DNA of 64,000 nt from Candidatus Saccharicenans sp. (lineage in GTDB: Bacteria; Acidobacteriota; Aminicenantia; Aminicenantales; Saccharicenantaceae), in assembly GCA_030017715.1 (NCBI GenBank), contig JASEIU010000001.1, positions 146,677 through 210,676 of the forward strand. Reading direction: 5' to 3'. Within the stretch, counting starts at the first letter, position 1. Every line of letters starts with the position of its first letter. The translations under genes and the position numbers were made by a program. Positions 48,659-58,812 of the stretch are shown here, one piece after another. The notes beneath the pieces were generated by a model, which ran no database searches, was not told the origin of the DNA, and worked only from the letters and a program-made list of their open reading frames with translations.

Positions 48659-49136
48659 AATAGGTTCTGTTGAAAATTAGTCAACAGGAAATATCCAGAG
48701 AATATATGATACTACAAATTATTACCGGGGAGTCAGGCCTGGATGAAAGAAGACGCATTTTAAGTTCTTTCGGGCGGGGGGCGGTCGCGGGGTGCTGCCG
48801 CTTGCCGTTCGCCCGCCAGATCCCCGGCTCAGAACTTCTTCCGCCGCCGGCTTCAGGAGACAGGCCGCGCCACCCTCCCGACATCATTACCGCAAGTTAT
48901 GAAAACAAAAAGGCTTACTTGAGGACATTTCAGGCGCAGGTTGACCCGGACCTCCTGATGGATTGAATTCTGGTTAGGGCGAGAAGAACAGGTCTGACTG
49001 GAATTAAGGAGCCAAAGGTTTTTTCAACCAGAACGCTGAGTGCTTCCGGATTGGGCAGGCCTGAAAAATTTTACTTTATCGGCAAGAGCTTTTTTTGTAT
49101 GTTAAAAAATGGCTGATCCCCAACCAGGAGCGGATT

Positions 49137-49943
49137 ATGTTTTCAAAAAAGATTCATCTCAACCCAATTTTATACATACCTTTTGTCCTGGTCCTGACCT
49201 GGACTCCCTGGCTGCTGGCGGTGTCAACCGGACGGGGAATTGAAAACTTCGCGGTTAAGGTTTTGCTGCTGGGCGGTCTGTTAGTTCCGGCCCTGGTGGC
49301 CTTAGTGTTTATCCTCCTCAGCGAGGAGGCTGAATATCACTGGGATTACTGGCGGCGGGTGTTTGACCCGACATTGATCAGCCGGAGCAGTTTCCGGGTT
49401 ATGCTTTTGCTGCCGCCGGCTGTCACCGTAGCTGCGATTCTGCTTTCTTTTTTACTGGGGGAATCAATGACTCAACTCAGGCTGGTTCCCCAGATCCGGG
49501 CCCACATTCCTTCCATTTTAATTTTCATATTTTATACGTTTTTTATCGGCCCTTTTCCTGAAGAGCTGGGCTGGAGAGGTTACTGGCTGGATAAGCTTAA
49601 GCTCCGGATGTCGGGCCTGCAGGCCAGCCTGCTGATCGCTGCTGTCTGGGCGCTATGGCATGTCCCGCTTTTTATGGTCAAAGGCTATCCCCTTCAGGCC
49701 AGAGCAGAGAATCCGCTGCTCCTGGCCTTTTATTTTCTTGACCTTTTTCCCAAGTCGGTAATCTTTACCTATCTCTTTTTTAAGAACCAGCGCAGCACCT
49801 TAGCTGCCATTCTGTTTCATTTTATGATAAATTTTACCGGACAGCTGTTTGAACTGGCCCCGCTGACTGAGGGACTGGTGACTGCCCTTTACTTGCTGGC
49901 GGCCATTTTTCTGGCTGTCAGGCATAAAGAGATATATAAATAG
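49137..49943 (+). CDS. CPBP-family intramembrane glutamic endopeptidase (CAAX protease-like)
   Basis: It has FPEELGWRGY, ALWHVP and FHFMINF motifs. The start is set at MFSKKIHL after AGGAG. Confidence 0.8.
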   Translation: MFSKKIHLNPILYIPFVLVLTWTPWLLAVSTGRGIENFAVKVLLLGGLLVPALVALVFILLSEEAEYHWDYWRRVFDPTLISRSSFRVMLLLPPAVTVAAILLSFLLGESMTQLRLVPQIRAHIPSILIFIFYTFFIGPFPEELGWRGYWLDKLKLRMSGLQASLLIAAVWALWHVPLFMVKGYPLQARAENPLLLAFYFLDLFPKSVIFTYLFFKNQRSTLAAILFHFMINFTGQLFELAPLTEGLVTALYLLAAIFLAVRHKEIYK

Positions 49944-49991
49944 ATAATTCTGTAATTTAGCTCGCAAGTTCAGTTTGACTCCGGGCACGAA

Positions 49992-51683
49992 ATGATCAGT
50001 AAAATCTCGAGAAATCTTAGCTCATCTGTTATTACAGTTATTTTGTCCCTGGGCTCAGGATTGTTGGCTGTATCGTTCATGCTTATGATAAACTTCATTT
50101 TCGAGCAGACTTTTCTCAGCCTGTCGATCCGCCCCCAGAAAGTTTTCTTGCTGTCCAGCCTGGCCGTGGTCATGACCACATCGGTTCTGTCCGGCTTGCT
50201 CCTGAGATTTTTCAGCCCTGAGGCGGCTGGCAGCGGAGTGCCCCAGGTAAAAGCTGCCTACTGGAAGGAAATGGGCCAGATTGACCTTCGAGCCGGGATC
50301 GTTAAATATATGGCCGGGGCTCTCAGCATTGGGGGAGGTACCAGCCTGGGAAGAGAAGGTCCGTCGGTTTTTCTCGGGGCAGCCGTCAGCACAAATTTTT
50401 CTGGCTTTTTTGGAGTCAATCGCAGGCAGCGTCGTGGTCCCAATGTGATTGGTGCTTCTTCTGCTCTGGCCGCGGCTTTTAATGCCCCGCTGGCGGCCAT
50501 CACTTTTATAATTGAAGAAATTATCGGCGACCTGCATAGCCGCTATCTTGGCTCGGTAATCCTGGCTTCTGTTACCGGGGCTTTCGTGGTGCATGCAGTC
50601 ATTGGCCGGCAGCCTGCTTTTAAGATGGCCTCGGTAACCGACGTAACCTGGAACCATTATCTTATTGTTCCGGTGGTGGCCACGGTGGCTTCCCTGGTGG
50701 GAATAATTTTTCATAAATTGACAATCGGATTGAGGCCCCGGTTTCAAACGTCCAGAATAATCCCACTCTGGGCCAGACCTCTGGCCGGTGGGCTGACCAC
50801 CTGGCTTATAGGAATCGGAATTTTCTTGTTGACCGGGAAACTTGGTGTATTCAGCCTCGGTTATCAAGATCTGTCTGATGCTCTGAACAATAACTTTCCC
50901 TGGAAGGTGGCCGGCTTGCTGGTCGTAGGCAAGCTTGTGGCAACCGTGGTCAGTTACGCTTCCGGTGGCTGCGGAGGCATTTTTGCGCCCACTCTTTTTA
51001 TGGGAGGGATGAGCGGATTTTTTGTGGCCGGTCTGTTTTCCCGATGGGTCAATCTTAATCCATCCGACAGTATCATTCTGGCGGCCGTCGGAATGACAGC
51101 CTGTCTGGGTTCAGTGGTCAGGGCTCCTCTAACCTCTGTGCTGATCGTGTTTGAAATGACCCATCAATTTGAGCTGGTTCCCGGCCTGATGCTGGCGATC
51201 CTGATAAGCCAGGGGCTGTCGCACCTCCTGACCGGGCGTCTCAATTTTTATGAAGCCCTTCTGGTTCAGGACGGGCATGAGCTTCACAGGGTCAAGCCAC
51301 CACTGGACCTTCGCAGCTGGCAGAATCTTCCAGTCTCAGCTATCGCCAATTATCGGCCGGTGGCGGTTCATTCCCTGTCTTCTGATGAGCTGAGAAAGGC
51401 CATAAAAAAATATCCGTACAATAATTTCCCCTTTATAGAGAACGGGCAGGTCAATGGAATTTTGAACCGGGATAAAATTAAAGCTTTTTTAAGCGGCGAG
51501 ATGCCCCTTGAAATCTGGCCGGCTGCATTCTGTTATGAAGATGAAACCATAGAGGAGGTGGGAAATCGATTTCTTGAGTGCCCGGCCAACATTCTTCTGG
51601 TCAGAAGGAGAGATGATTCAAATCTGGTGGGGGTAATAACCTTGCATGACTTGATCCGGGCCCAGGCCTCGGTTGAAGAATAG
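49992..51683 (+). CDS. ClC-family chloride channel/antiporter with C-terminal CBS pair
   Basis: It has GSGVPQVK, GREGP and GIFAPTL selectivity motifs. A CBS-like tail follows. Confidence 0.9.
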   Translation: MISKISRNLSSSVITVILSLGSGLLAVSFMLMINFIFEQTFLSLSIRPQKVFLLSSLAVVMTTSVLSGLLLRFFSPEAAGSGVPQVKAAYWKEMGQIDLRAGIVKYMAGALSIGGGTSLGREGPSVFLGAAVSTNFSGFFGVNRRQRRGPNVIGASSALAAAFNAPLAAITFIIEEIIGDLHSRYLGSVILASVTGAFVVHAVIGRQPAFKMASVTDVTWNHYLIVPVVATVASLVGIIFHKLTIGLRPRFQTSRIIPLWARPLAGGLTTWLIGIGIFLLTGKLGVFSLGYQDLSDALNNNFPWKVAGLLVVGKLVATVVSYASGGCGGIFAPTLFMGGMSGFFVAGLFSRWVNLNPSDSIILAAVGMTACLGSVVRAPLTSVLIVFEMTHQFELVPGLMLAILISQGLSHLLTGRLNFYEALLVQDGHELHRVKPPLDLRSWQNLPVSAIANYRPVAVHSLSSDELRKAIKKYPYNNFPFIENGQVNGILNRDKIKAFLSGEMPLEIWPAAFCYEDETIEEVGNRFLECPANILLVRRRDDSNLVGVITLHDLIRAQASVEE

Positions 51684-51726
51684 ACTCTATCCGGCAGCTC
51701 AACCTTACCGCTACGGGCGGGGTCCC

Positions 51727-52086
51727 TTACTGATTGAATCCGGAGGTGTCCGGATAGCTGGTCATGAAGAGTGAGCCAGCCTGGATGATGATATAAACGA
51801 CGAAGGCTAACAGCAGTATTCCCAGGATGAGGAAAATGACCGACTTGGTGTTGGATACTGGCCGGGCGATTCCCTGAGGGAAGAAAACGTCAAATCCCAG
51901 CTTGCCCAGCATTATGATCATGATCATCAGGCCAAAGGCCAGCCTGTAGACCAGAACTTTCCCCTGAACATAATCGGACCGGTCGATCTTTATAAAGGGA
52001 GAAAGCAGCCAGACGGCCAACAGAACGGCAATTACCCCGGGCAGGTGTTTATAAATTTGCTCCTGGATCTTAGCCAGCCTATCCAT
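51727..52086 (-). CDS. small membrane protein of unknown function
   Basis: 119 aa with 3 hydrophobic helices and no recognised motif. Confidence 0.5.
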   Translation of the reverse strand: MDRLAKIQEQIYKHLPGVIAVLLAVWLLSPFIKIDRSDYVQGKVLVYRLAFGLMIMIIMLGKLGFDVFFPQGIARPVSNTKSVIFLILGILLLAFVVYIIIQAGSLFMTSYPDTSGFNQ

Positions 52087-52561
52087 TCTGTTATCATTTT
52101 ACCCGTCTTTCATGATAATAAGCAACACAATCCATAGAAATTAATCCCGGGCATCGGTACCCGGGAGGCCGGAACCGCCGGCCGGAGAAGGGGCAGCCTG
52201 AATCTTCCTCGCGGGATTCCGGTGCCGGCAGTCTTTATCCCAATTTCCTGGCTCAAATGACCGGCCACCAGGCGGATCACTTGCGCGGCCGCCGCTGCGG
52301 TTGCGGTCTTGAGCGCCAAGGGGGTGTGGAGAACTGAGGCTGCGGCCGACCTGTGCCGGCGGCCTCAGCTGTCGGGGATATCCACCCCGGTCGAATTCCT
52401 CTTCCTGGTGCTGGCGGGACAGGGCTCCGGAGGTGTATCATTAAGATGTCAGGCGTGTCATCAACAGGACAGCTCCCGGGCTTGTTGGTCAGAATAACAG
52501 GGAAGGAGCTTACACCCGTATTGGCATGAATTATGCAGCTTGATGTGACGTGGGGTGCGAA

Positions 52562-54583
52562 ATGAAAAAAATATATTTATGGCTTATCTTAGGGGTTTTA
52601 GGAGTCGGACTGCTGCAACCGGCGGCCGCGACCGGCAAGCACTATACCCTGGTGAGCGGTGAGCGCAATTTTTATTATGGCTATATAAGTTATATCCCTG
52701 AAGAAACAGGCGCCAGGGTCCCGGAGGTTATAAGGGTCGGGCTGACCGGACCCGAACCGGTCAGGCTGAATTTTCCGCTGGGGCCCGGAGACGTTATAGT
52801 TACATACGACAAGCCCTGTGAAATTCAGTTTGACAGCGGGACCATTGTTCGCCTGGGAACGGATACCAGGCTGAAAATCGAAACCATTATGGCTCAGAGC
52901 CTGAGTTCTGACGACCAGTTATCCAACCTGGTTCTTGAGAAGGGGCAAATTTATCTAATGTATACGGCTTATAATTCCTGGGAAGTTTTCCAGTTGCTGA
53001 CTGTCAATGCTGCTCTGAAGATGAAAAACAAGACGGTCCTGATAGTCCGGGTGACCGATGACGGAGAGACCCGGTTGATGGTAAAGGAAGGCAAGGCCAA
53101 CCTGCTTTACGGGCCGTCGGCCGGGGAGCTTAAGACACTGACTGCCAGGAAGGGCACCGGCTTTCTGGTAGATGCTGGCCATCGGGTAGAAAGTAAGGAG
53201 AACTTTCCTGAATTCAGCCCGTTTGAGGCCTGGAATGCTGAATTGAATAAACACTTCCTGGAGCTCCATAAAGGGCTTACTCCTCTGCCCAAACCAATTC
53301 AGAAGCTGCCCCCGGCGGTCTTTTATTTTGCTCAGTATTATGGCAATAAATATGGAGAATGGGTCTGGGACGATTATTTCGGCTACGTCTGGAGGCCCTT
53401 CTACAATGATTATTACCCCTGGGGCAACTGGAGTCCGTATTACTATGGCAACTGGACCTATCTCAACGGACAACTGTTCTGGGTGCCGGTTGAACCCTGG
53501 GGCTGGGTGCCCTATCACCTGGGAATCTGGCAGTGGGATAAGAAAAAAGGCTGGATTTGGATTCCCGGTTCTGCCTTTGCCCCGGCCTGGGCGGTCTGGG
53601 ATTTTTATTTCGGGTATTATAGCTGGAGGCCCTGGTCTCTTTATGATTGGCTGGGTTATTACGGATACGGGTATGGTTACTGGGATTATTATGGACCGAT
53701 CGGCACGGTCCTTCCGCCCGGAGGAGCTTCAGAGCCGCCGGCTGTTCGCCAGATAACAAAGAATCAGTTGAAAAAGCCGCAGGGCCAGGTCCAGACCGTG
53801 CCTGTTCCCGACAGCTATAAAAAAATAGTGGCCAGTCTGGCCAGAGCGATAGACAGAGGAGACCGGGAAGTCCTGCAAAGAATTTCAGCCAGACCGCCGG
53901 AGCCGATGCTGGTCAGGCCGGCTGACCTGGATTCCCGCGACCTTTCCTCACGGAGAATTTCCATGGGCGAACTGGCCGCGAAGGCCAGGGCGGTCCAATC
54001 TGAGGGTGATGAGCCGGCGCTGGAAAAGGGCCAGACCCCGGCCTGGAACCTGGCTGTTTTTCGCTTTCTGCGAAATAGAAATGAAACGGAAGCAGAGAAG
54101 GTCTCTATTTCCAGGCCTGAGGCCGTCAGACCCCGGCCGCTGGAACGAGAAGCTCCAAAGCAGCCGGCCCCGTCGTCCGCAGCTGAAAACAGGCCGCAGT
54201 TAAAGAGAAATTCTGATCCCGGACCGTTGCCAGGTTTGCCCGGGACCTCAGACTTAAGGTTCAGGGACTGGAATCCTGACCTGAAGATGGCCCATCAACT
54301 TGGGGTCCGGATAGTCTATGACAGTTCTAAAAACCTGATTGTATCGCCCGAGCTGAAGATAACCTCTCGGGAGGCCAGTGGCCTTGGAGTCAGAATTGCT
54401 CCTTCAGGTCTGGTTCTCAGCCGCACCGGAGGCGGTTCTTCCGGTTATTCCGACGGTTCTTCTTCAAGTTCCGGCAGCTTCTCGAAAACTGCGAGTGCCA
54501 GCAGCGCTCCGGCTTCCAGGGGTTCGGGCAGCGAACGCTCCGGCGGCAGTAAGGCTTCTTCTTCGGGCCACGAGAAGCACTGA
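52562..54583 (+). CDS. secreted FecR-like / DUF6600-like protein with W/Y/G-rich segment and Ser-rich tail
   Basis: The start is set at MKKIYLWLILGVLG. A FecR-like beta region is followed by WVPVEPWGWVPYHLGIWQW-type repeats. The C-terminus is low complexity. Confidence 0.6.
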   Translation: MKKIYLWLILGVLGVGLLQPAAATGKHYTLVSGERNFYYGYISYIPEETGARVPEVIRVGLTGPEPVRLNFPLGPGDVIVTYDKPCEIQFDSGTIVRLGTDTRLKIETIMAQSLSSDDQLSNLVLEKGQIYLMYTAYNSWEVFQLLTVNAALKMKNKTVLIVRVTDDGETRLMVKEGKANLLYGPSAGELKTLTARKGTGFLVDAGHRVESKENFPEFSPFEAWNAELNKHFLELHKGLTPLPKPIQKLPPAVFYFAQYYGNKYGEWVWDDYFGYVWRPFYNDYYPWGNWSPYYYGNWTYLNGQLFWVPVEPWGWVPYHLGIWQWDKKKGWIWIPGSAFAPAWAVWDFYFGYYSWRPWSLYDWLGYYGYGYGYWDYYGPIGTVLPPGGASEPPAVRQITKNQLKKPQGQVQTVPVPDSYKKIVASLARAIDRGDREVLQRISARPPEPMLVRPADLDSRDLSSRRISMGELAAKARAVQSEGDEPALEKGQTPAWNLAVFRFLRNRNETEAEKVSISRPEAVRPRPLEREAPKQPAPSSAAENRPQLKRNSDPGPLPGLPGTSDLRFRDWNPDLKMAHQLGVRIVYDSSKNLIVSPELKITSREASGLGVRIAPSGLVLSRTGGGSSGYSDGSSSSSGSFSKTASASSAPASRGSGSERSGGSKASSSGHEKH

Positions 54584-54765
54584 GGACATAGGATAGATTC
54601 AGGGTTATCCGAGACTTGCCTGCCGCACAGTTTAAGATAGCATATTTCTGCTGGTAGTAGCTCCATTCCATTTTAAGTTAGCGAGCGAGCTGCTCTACGA
54701 AATCAGGCCGCTGTAATTGAACCTTCAGAAACACCCGCTGCAGGCTTTTCAGGTCTGGGTTTTTC

Positions 54766-55161
54766 TTATGGGCTGACCCGGACCAGAAGGCAGGTTCCGT
54801 GGATGACCTTGATTCCGGCCGATTCAAGAGAAAGGATGACTTTCCCCGATTCGGCTCCCGGCTGGAACCAGATGTAACGAAAGCCGGCAGCAATGGCTTC
54901 AACGGCAACTGTTTCTGAGACTTTGGGGGGAACGACCACGACGGCGGCTTTAACCGAATCGGGCAGGCTGGACAGGCAGGGATAGGCTGGCTGCCCATCG
55001 ATCAGTCTGGCCCGGGGATTAACCGGATAGACCAGGTATCCGGCCGCTTGAAGTTTCTTAAAAACTATGTTTCCGTATTTGGCCGGGCTTCTGGAAGCTC
55101 CGACCACCGCAATTTCCCGCTGGTTGAGAAAATCATTAATCAGACTGACACTGACCATCAT
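54766..55161 (-). CDS. CoA-binding domain protein (YccU-like)
   Basis: REIAVVGASRSPAKYGNIVFKKL...YPVNP is the CoA-binding Rossmann signature. Confidence 0.8.
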   Translation of the reverse strand: MMVSVSLINDFLNQREIAVVGASRSPAKYGNIVFKKLQAAGYLVYPVNPRARLIDGQPAYPCLSSLPDSVKAAVVVVPPKVSETVAVEAIAAGFRYIWFQPGAESGKVILSLESAGIKVIHGTCLLVRVSP

Positions 55162-55632
55162 TGACCTCTTTCTGCGCCAGGCTGTATTTTACACCATTTT
55201 GCAGGTCGCTGACAGGCTTCCCGGGAAAAGGGCAGTCGGGTGAGGGCTGCCCCCTGAGCGAGTGAGGCGGCTCTGTTCCAACTGGTGGCCTCAGTCGATT
55301 CGGGAGAAGAGGTGATCGCCGGGTGAGGTTCTCAGGCCGGGCCAGGACGCCGGAAACGCTTTTTTTCTCCCGGGATCCAATCTGGCCCGGTCTTCCCTCG
55401 GCCAGTCCCCAGGGCACTCTCAGCCCTGAGGAAGCCGGGACAAATACGGTTCCTTAAGTCCGCGGGAAATACCACGGACTTTCAGGCTGGCTGACCTCAG
55501 GGCGTAAATTATCTGAGAATTAACGGAGAAAAATCTTAATGACGGAAAAGTCCCATACCTTTCAAGGGGTGGCAAAACGCCGGGAAAAGGCTCCGACCCG
55601 ATCAGCTAATTAAGAAAATATAAGGAGTATTT

Positions 55633-55661
55633 AAAAAAAAAAGAAGGTTCCCATCCTTCTT
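55633..55661 (-). terminator. rho-independent terminator of the three-gene operon
   Basis: Minus strand: AAGAAGG-atgggaa-CCTTCTT followed by T8. It lies 94 nt after the stop at 55755. Confidence 0.55.
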
Positions 55662-55754
55662 GTTTTTGCCCTTTTGCCCTTGCCTCCACCAGAACACTAG
55701 TAAAGGGTTGCGAAATTCTGATTTGCAGAAAAAATTTGGGGGATTTTTTGCAAA

Positions 55755-58133
55755 CTAAAAATTAAGCTTCTTGTTTCGGGCCGGATAGTTTACCCAGGCC
55801 TCCCCGTCCCAGTATTTAATCCGTTCTTTGAGGCTTCTCAGTTCTGTTTCAGCATGCGGCGGCAGAGTCCGGGAGGCCACCAATTCCTTAACGGCTTCTA
55901 TCAGCCCATCGGTGGGCCGTGAGAGCAAAGGGCGGAGCCGGAAATCAAAATTGTAGAGCATCCGGCAGGAAACTTCTTTGCTGAATTCATGACTGGTGAT
56001 TTCCAGCATTTTTTCTTCCCGGAAAAGTTGTACGGTTATGATGTAATTGCGCAAAGCCATCATCTGGTTAATTGTCGTCCTGGGCAAGAGCAGGTAGTAT
56101 TCCTGGGAGCCCTCCGGCAGTTCGCTGAACAGGAAATCGGGGTTGCCGCTTCCCGGGGAGCAGCCGGTTATGGCTCTCGGGTCGAGAACCAGAAGGCAGG
56201 CTTGTTGAAAGTCGTTGTTGGTCCCGCCAGCGATGATTTCCCGCCAGCCGTCATCATCCAGGTCTTCTATTAACAGGGCCGCCTGGCCGAGATGCCCGGT
56301 CTGCCAGTATTCCCCGCACAGCTTGCCCCCGGCATCGAGAAGCGAAATCTGGGTCGGGTACCAGGTGATATGGTTTCCCACGACCAATACATATTTCTCC
56401 GGGGAGTTGCGGTTAAAAGCGGCCGTCTCAAACCTCTTTATCAGGTAATGATTTGAAAATTCGTCGGTCAGGGTCTTGATCTTCCGGCCGGGCTGGTAGC
56501 TCCACAACAATTTTCCCGATTTTTTCAGGCAGAAAAGTTCCGCGCTGACCTTTTCTTCGCTCTGATACTCCCCCGATACCAGGATTTCATCCTCTCCGTC
56601 TCCGTCGAGGTCTACAAATTTTTGCTGCATGGTTTCCGGCCTGAATGGCCTGCGCAGCGGAAAAGTCCAGAGAAGCTGTTGTTCGGGATTGCGAGCAAAA
56701 AGACGGCTGTCGTGAAGCTCCAGTATCACCGGATGCCTGATTTTCCAGAAGTGATAGACGGGATTCTTGTTGATTATGACCAGGGCGGCGGTTATGATGG
56801 CCAGACCGATAATGGCCAGCAACCCCCGCCGGAAAAGCGGACCTCCGGTCCTGACCAGGTGGGTTATCAAGGGCGTTTTTATTTTCTGGCAGATTCGACC
56901 GTCGGCAATAATTTCCTTTAAGTTGCCTACCCCGATCAGTTCCAGCTTTCTCCAGGGATGCCTGGCCAGGAGATTGTACAGAAAGCTTCGGGCCTCCTTA
57001 AGGTTATCGGCCGGAATGACCAGGTAGCGGAGGCCGGAATAAAAAGCCGTCCGGACCTTTTGTTCCAGGGCCTCCGGTGAAAGGCGCTGCGTTGTGCCGT
57101 TGAGGAGGACCTTGCCGGTAAAAGCCGCTTCGCGAGAAAAGGCAAAATAAAACCGGCGCCGGCCGGCAACCAGTTTCTGGCTCAGGGCCAGGGTGGCCAG
57201 GGGCAAGCTGAGACTTTCTCCGTAGTACAGAAAGTTTTTTTCGCTGAAGGAAAAAAGAAGGGAGCAGGGGGGAAGATTGAGTCTATATTCGGTCTTGAGG
57301 AGGTAGTCGGCGGCTTCCAGAGCATCGCTGGCCATCAGGTAGGATTTTTCCTGGTTATATGATGACAGGTTGGAAAACCTCACCAGGTTATGCCCTTCGG
57401 CTGCTCCGGTCCGCCGGCAGCGGCTTTCCAGCAATAACAGCCTGGCCCGCTGACCGGCCTGAAGCGGGCCGCTCCTTTCGACCAGGGGGCAAAAAATACT
57501 GTCACTGCTCCAGTCTGAAAATCTTTTCCATTTTTCCTGGATCAGGTCAAGGTCCAGGGATAGCCCATTATCCCGGACTAACCTTGCGGCCAGTTCAAAG
57601 AAAATAAGCCGGTTGGAGCGGTCCTGATTCTTGAGTTCCCGCACAAAGTCCGGAATCTCTTCTCCGGAGCTCTCGGGTTTATCGGCCAGACCATCGGCGG
57701 AGACGGCGGCGGTCAGTTTCTTCTTCTGGCCCAGGGCCCTCAGGGCCTCTTCCAGTTCTCCCAGGTAAAAATGGTTCAGGGCCAGGTAAAACAGCAGATT
57801 GCTCAGGGTTTCCTTCAATTGCTCGAAGTGGATTCGATCCTGAAACCTTCGGTAAAGTTGCCATGAGGTTTCCAGGTAGCCCTGCAATTCTTCCGGCGGC
57901 AACCCGTCAGGCTGGAAGGAAGCGGTCAGGAAGAAAAACATGCCGGCCAGCTGAAGATGAAAAGAGTGAGTCAGGTCTTCCGGCAGGTCGCTGGTGGAGC
58001 GGAAGAATTCTGTTATCAGGTGAATCCTTTCCTGCTCGTCGGCGGCCATAGACAGGCTGGATAGGGTCTGGCCGAAAAAGTTCTCCAGGGCGGCTACCGG
58101 GTTACCCGGCGGATATTCTGGCTTGTTATTCAT
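55755..58133 (-). CDS. 792-aa membrane protein: helical/TPR-like N-terminus, Lon (S16)-like domain, one TM helix, FG-GAP/VCBS-like C-terminal region
   Basis: GESLSLPLATLA...FTGKVLLNGTTQRL..EQKVRTAFYSGLRYLVIPADN parallels the Lon GPSAG...TGE...K..AA...G...IP..N pattern. The TM helix is LLAIIGLAIITAALVII. It also has DLDGDGEDEILVSG and DLDDDGWREIIAGG. Confidence 0.55.
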   Translation of the reverse strand: MNNKPEYPPGNPVAALENFFGQTLSSLSMAADEQERIHLITEFFRSTSDLPEDLTHSFHLQLAGMFFFLTASFQPDGLPPEELQGYLETSWQLYRRFQDRIHFEQLKETLSNLLFYLALNHFYLGELEEALRALGQKKKLTAAVSADGLADKPESSGEEIPDFVRELKNQDRSNRLIFFELAARLVRDNGLSLDLDLIQEKWKRFSDWSSDSIFCPLVERSGPLQAGQRARLLLLESRCRRTGAAEGHNLVRFSNLSSYNQEKSYLMASDALEAADYLLKTEYRLNLPPCSLLFSFSEKNFLYYGESLSLPLATLALSQKLVAGRRRFYFAFSREAAFTGKVLLNGTTQRLSPEALEQKVRTAFYSGLRYLVIPADNLKEARSFLYNLLARHPWRKLELIGVGNLKEIIADGRICQKIKTPLITHLVRTGGPLFRRGLLAIIGLAIITAALVIINKNPVYHFWKIRHPVILELHDSRLFARNPEQQLLWTFPLRRPFRPETMQQKFVDLDGDGEDEILVSGEYQSEEKVSAELFCLKKSGKLLWSYQPGRKIKTLTDEFSNHYLIKRFETAAFNRNSPEKYVLVVGNHITWYPTQISLLDAGGKLCGEYWQTGHLGQAALLIEDLDDDGWREIIAGGTNNDFQQACLLVLDPRAITGCSPGSGNPDFLFSELPEGSQEYYLLLPRTTINQMMALRNYIITVQLFREEKMLEITSHEFSKEVSCRMLYNFDFRLRPLLSRPTDGLIEAVKELVASRTLPPHAETELRSLKERIKYWDGEAWVNYPARNKKLNF

Positions 58134-58812
58134 ATAAATAAATTCTCATAGATCCAGCATTCTCTGGCAGTTCGTAAAAGGTCAGGTCATTCTGGGGGAC
58201 GGCGATCAACGTTTCCTGGTCATCTATTACCAGGATCATCCTTTTAATTTCAGAGTCTGCCGGCAGATTAACCGACTGGACTTTCAGCGTCGCCTGAGGC
58301 CCGACCGAAAAAAGCTCGGTCTTCAGCCGGCAGTCTTTAAGATGTTCCTCGGCATAAATTCGGACCGGTTCTCCATCCGGTCTCCATTCGAAAATTGCCG
58401 AGGGCGGGCAAACGGAGACAGCTGCCAGCGACCGATCCTGGTCGACCTGGCCCAGGACGGCCCAGCCGTGATGGTCGGTCAGGAATTCCCGGTTCTGATT
58501 TTCCAGCATAATATAAGCGTAACGGTACTTGTGCTCCAGGGGATGTAAAAGATAGGCCTCCAGCCGCCCGCTCAACTGGTCATGGAGTATCCTCAGAAGA
58601 AAGCTGTGGTCGGGAGAGACCAGAGCAATTTTTTCGGAGTAAATTTCATAGGAAGAAAGGCCGCTGAAACCTACCAGGTGAGGAAAAGGCGACACCTGGC
58701 TGAGATGATGGAACAACTTAATCCTGTTCCGGAAACTGGCCGGCCGGGCTATTTCCGAACACCGGTCGATGAGTTTCTGGTCGGAGCTTTTCTTATAATT
58801 CCTGTCCATCAT
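58126..58812 (-). CDS. hypothetical cytoplasmic protein (228 aa)
   Basis: It overlaps the downstream gene by 8 nt and the upstream gene by 20 nt. No motif was recognised. Confidence 0.55.
   Translation of the reverse strand: MMDRNYKKSSDQKLIDRCSEIARPASFRNRIKLFHHLSQVSPFPHLVGFSGLSSYEIYSEKIALVSPDHSFLLRILHDQLSGRLEAYLLHPLEHKYRYAYIMLENQNREFLTDHHGWAVLGQVDQDRSLAAVSVCPPSAIFEWRPDGEPVRIYAEEHLKDCRLKTELFSVGPQATLKVQSVNLPADSEIKRMILVIDDQETLIAVPQNDLTFYELPENAGSMRIYLYE

Noticed and set aside
48670-48966. A 98-aa plus-strand ORF in the dehydrogenase/CPBP spacer.
   Set aside because: The translation is implausible and there is no RBS. The region also contains the operator and promoter of the dehydrogenase gene.
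54678-54998. A 106-aa ORF overlapping the CoA-binding gene in another frame.
   Set aside because: It is a shadow ORF. The CoA-binding frame carries the family signature.
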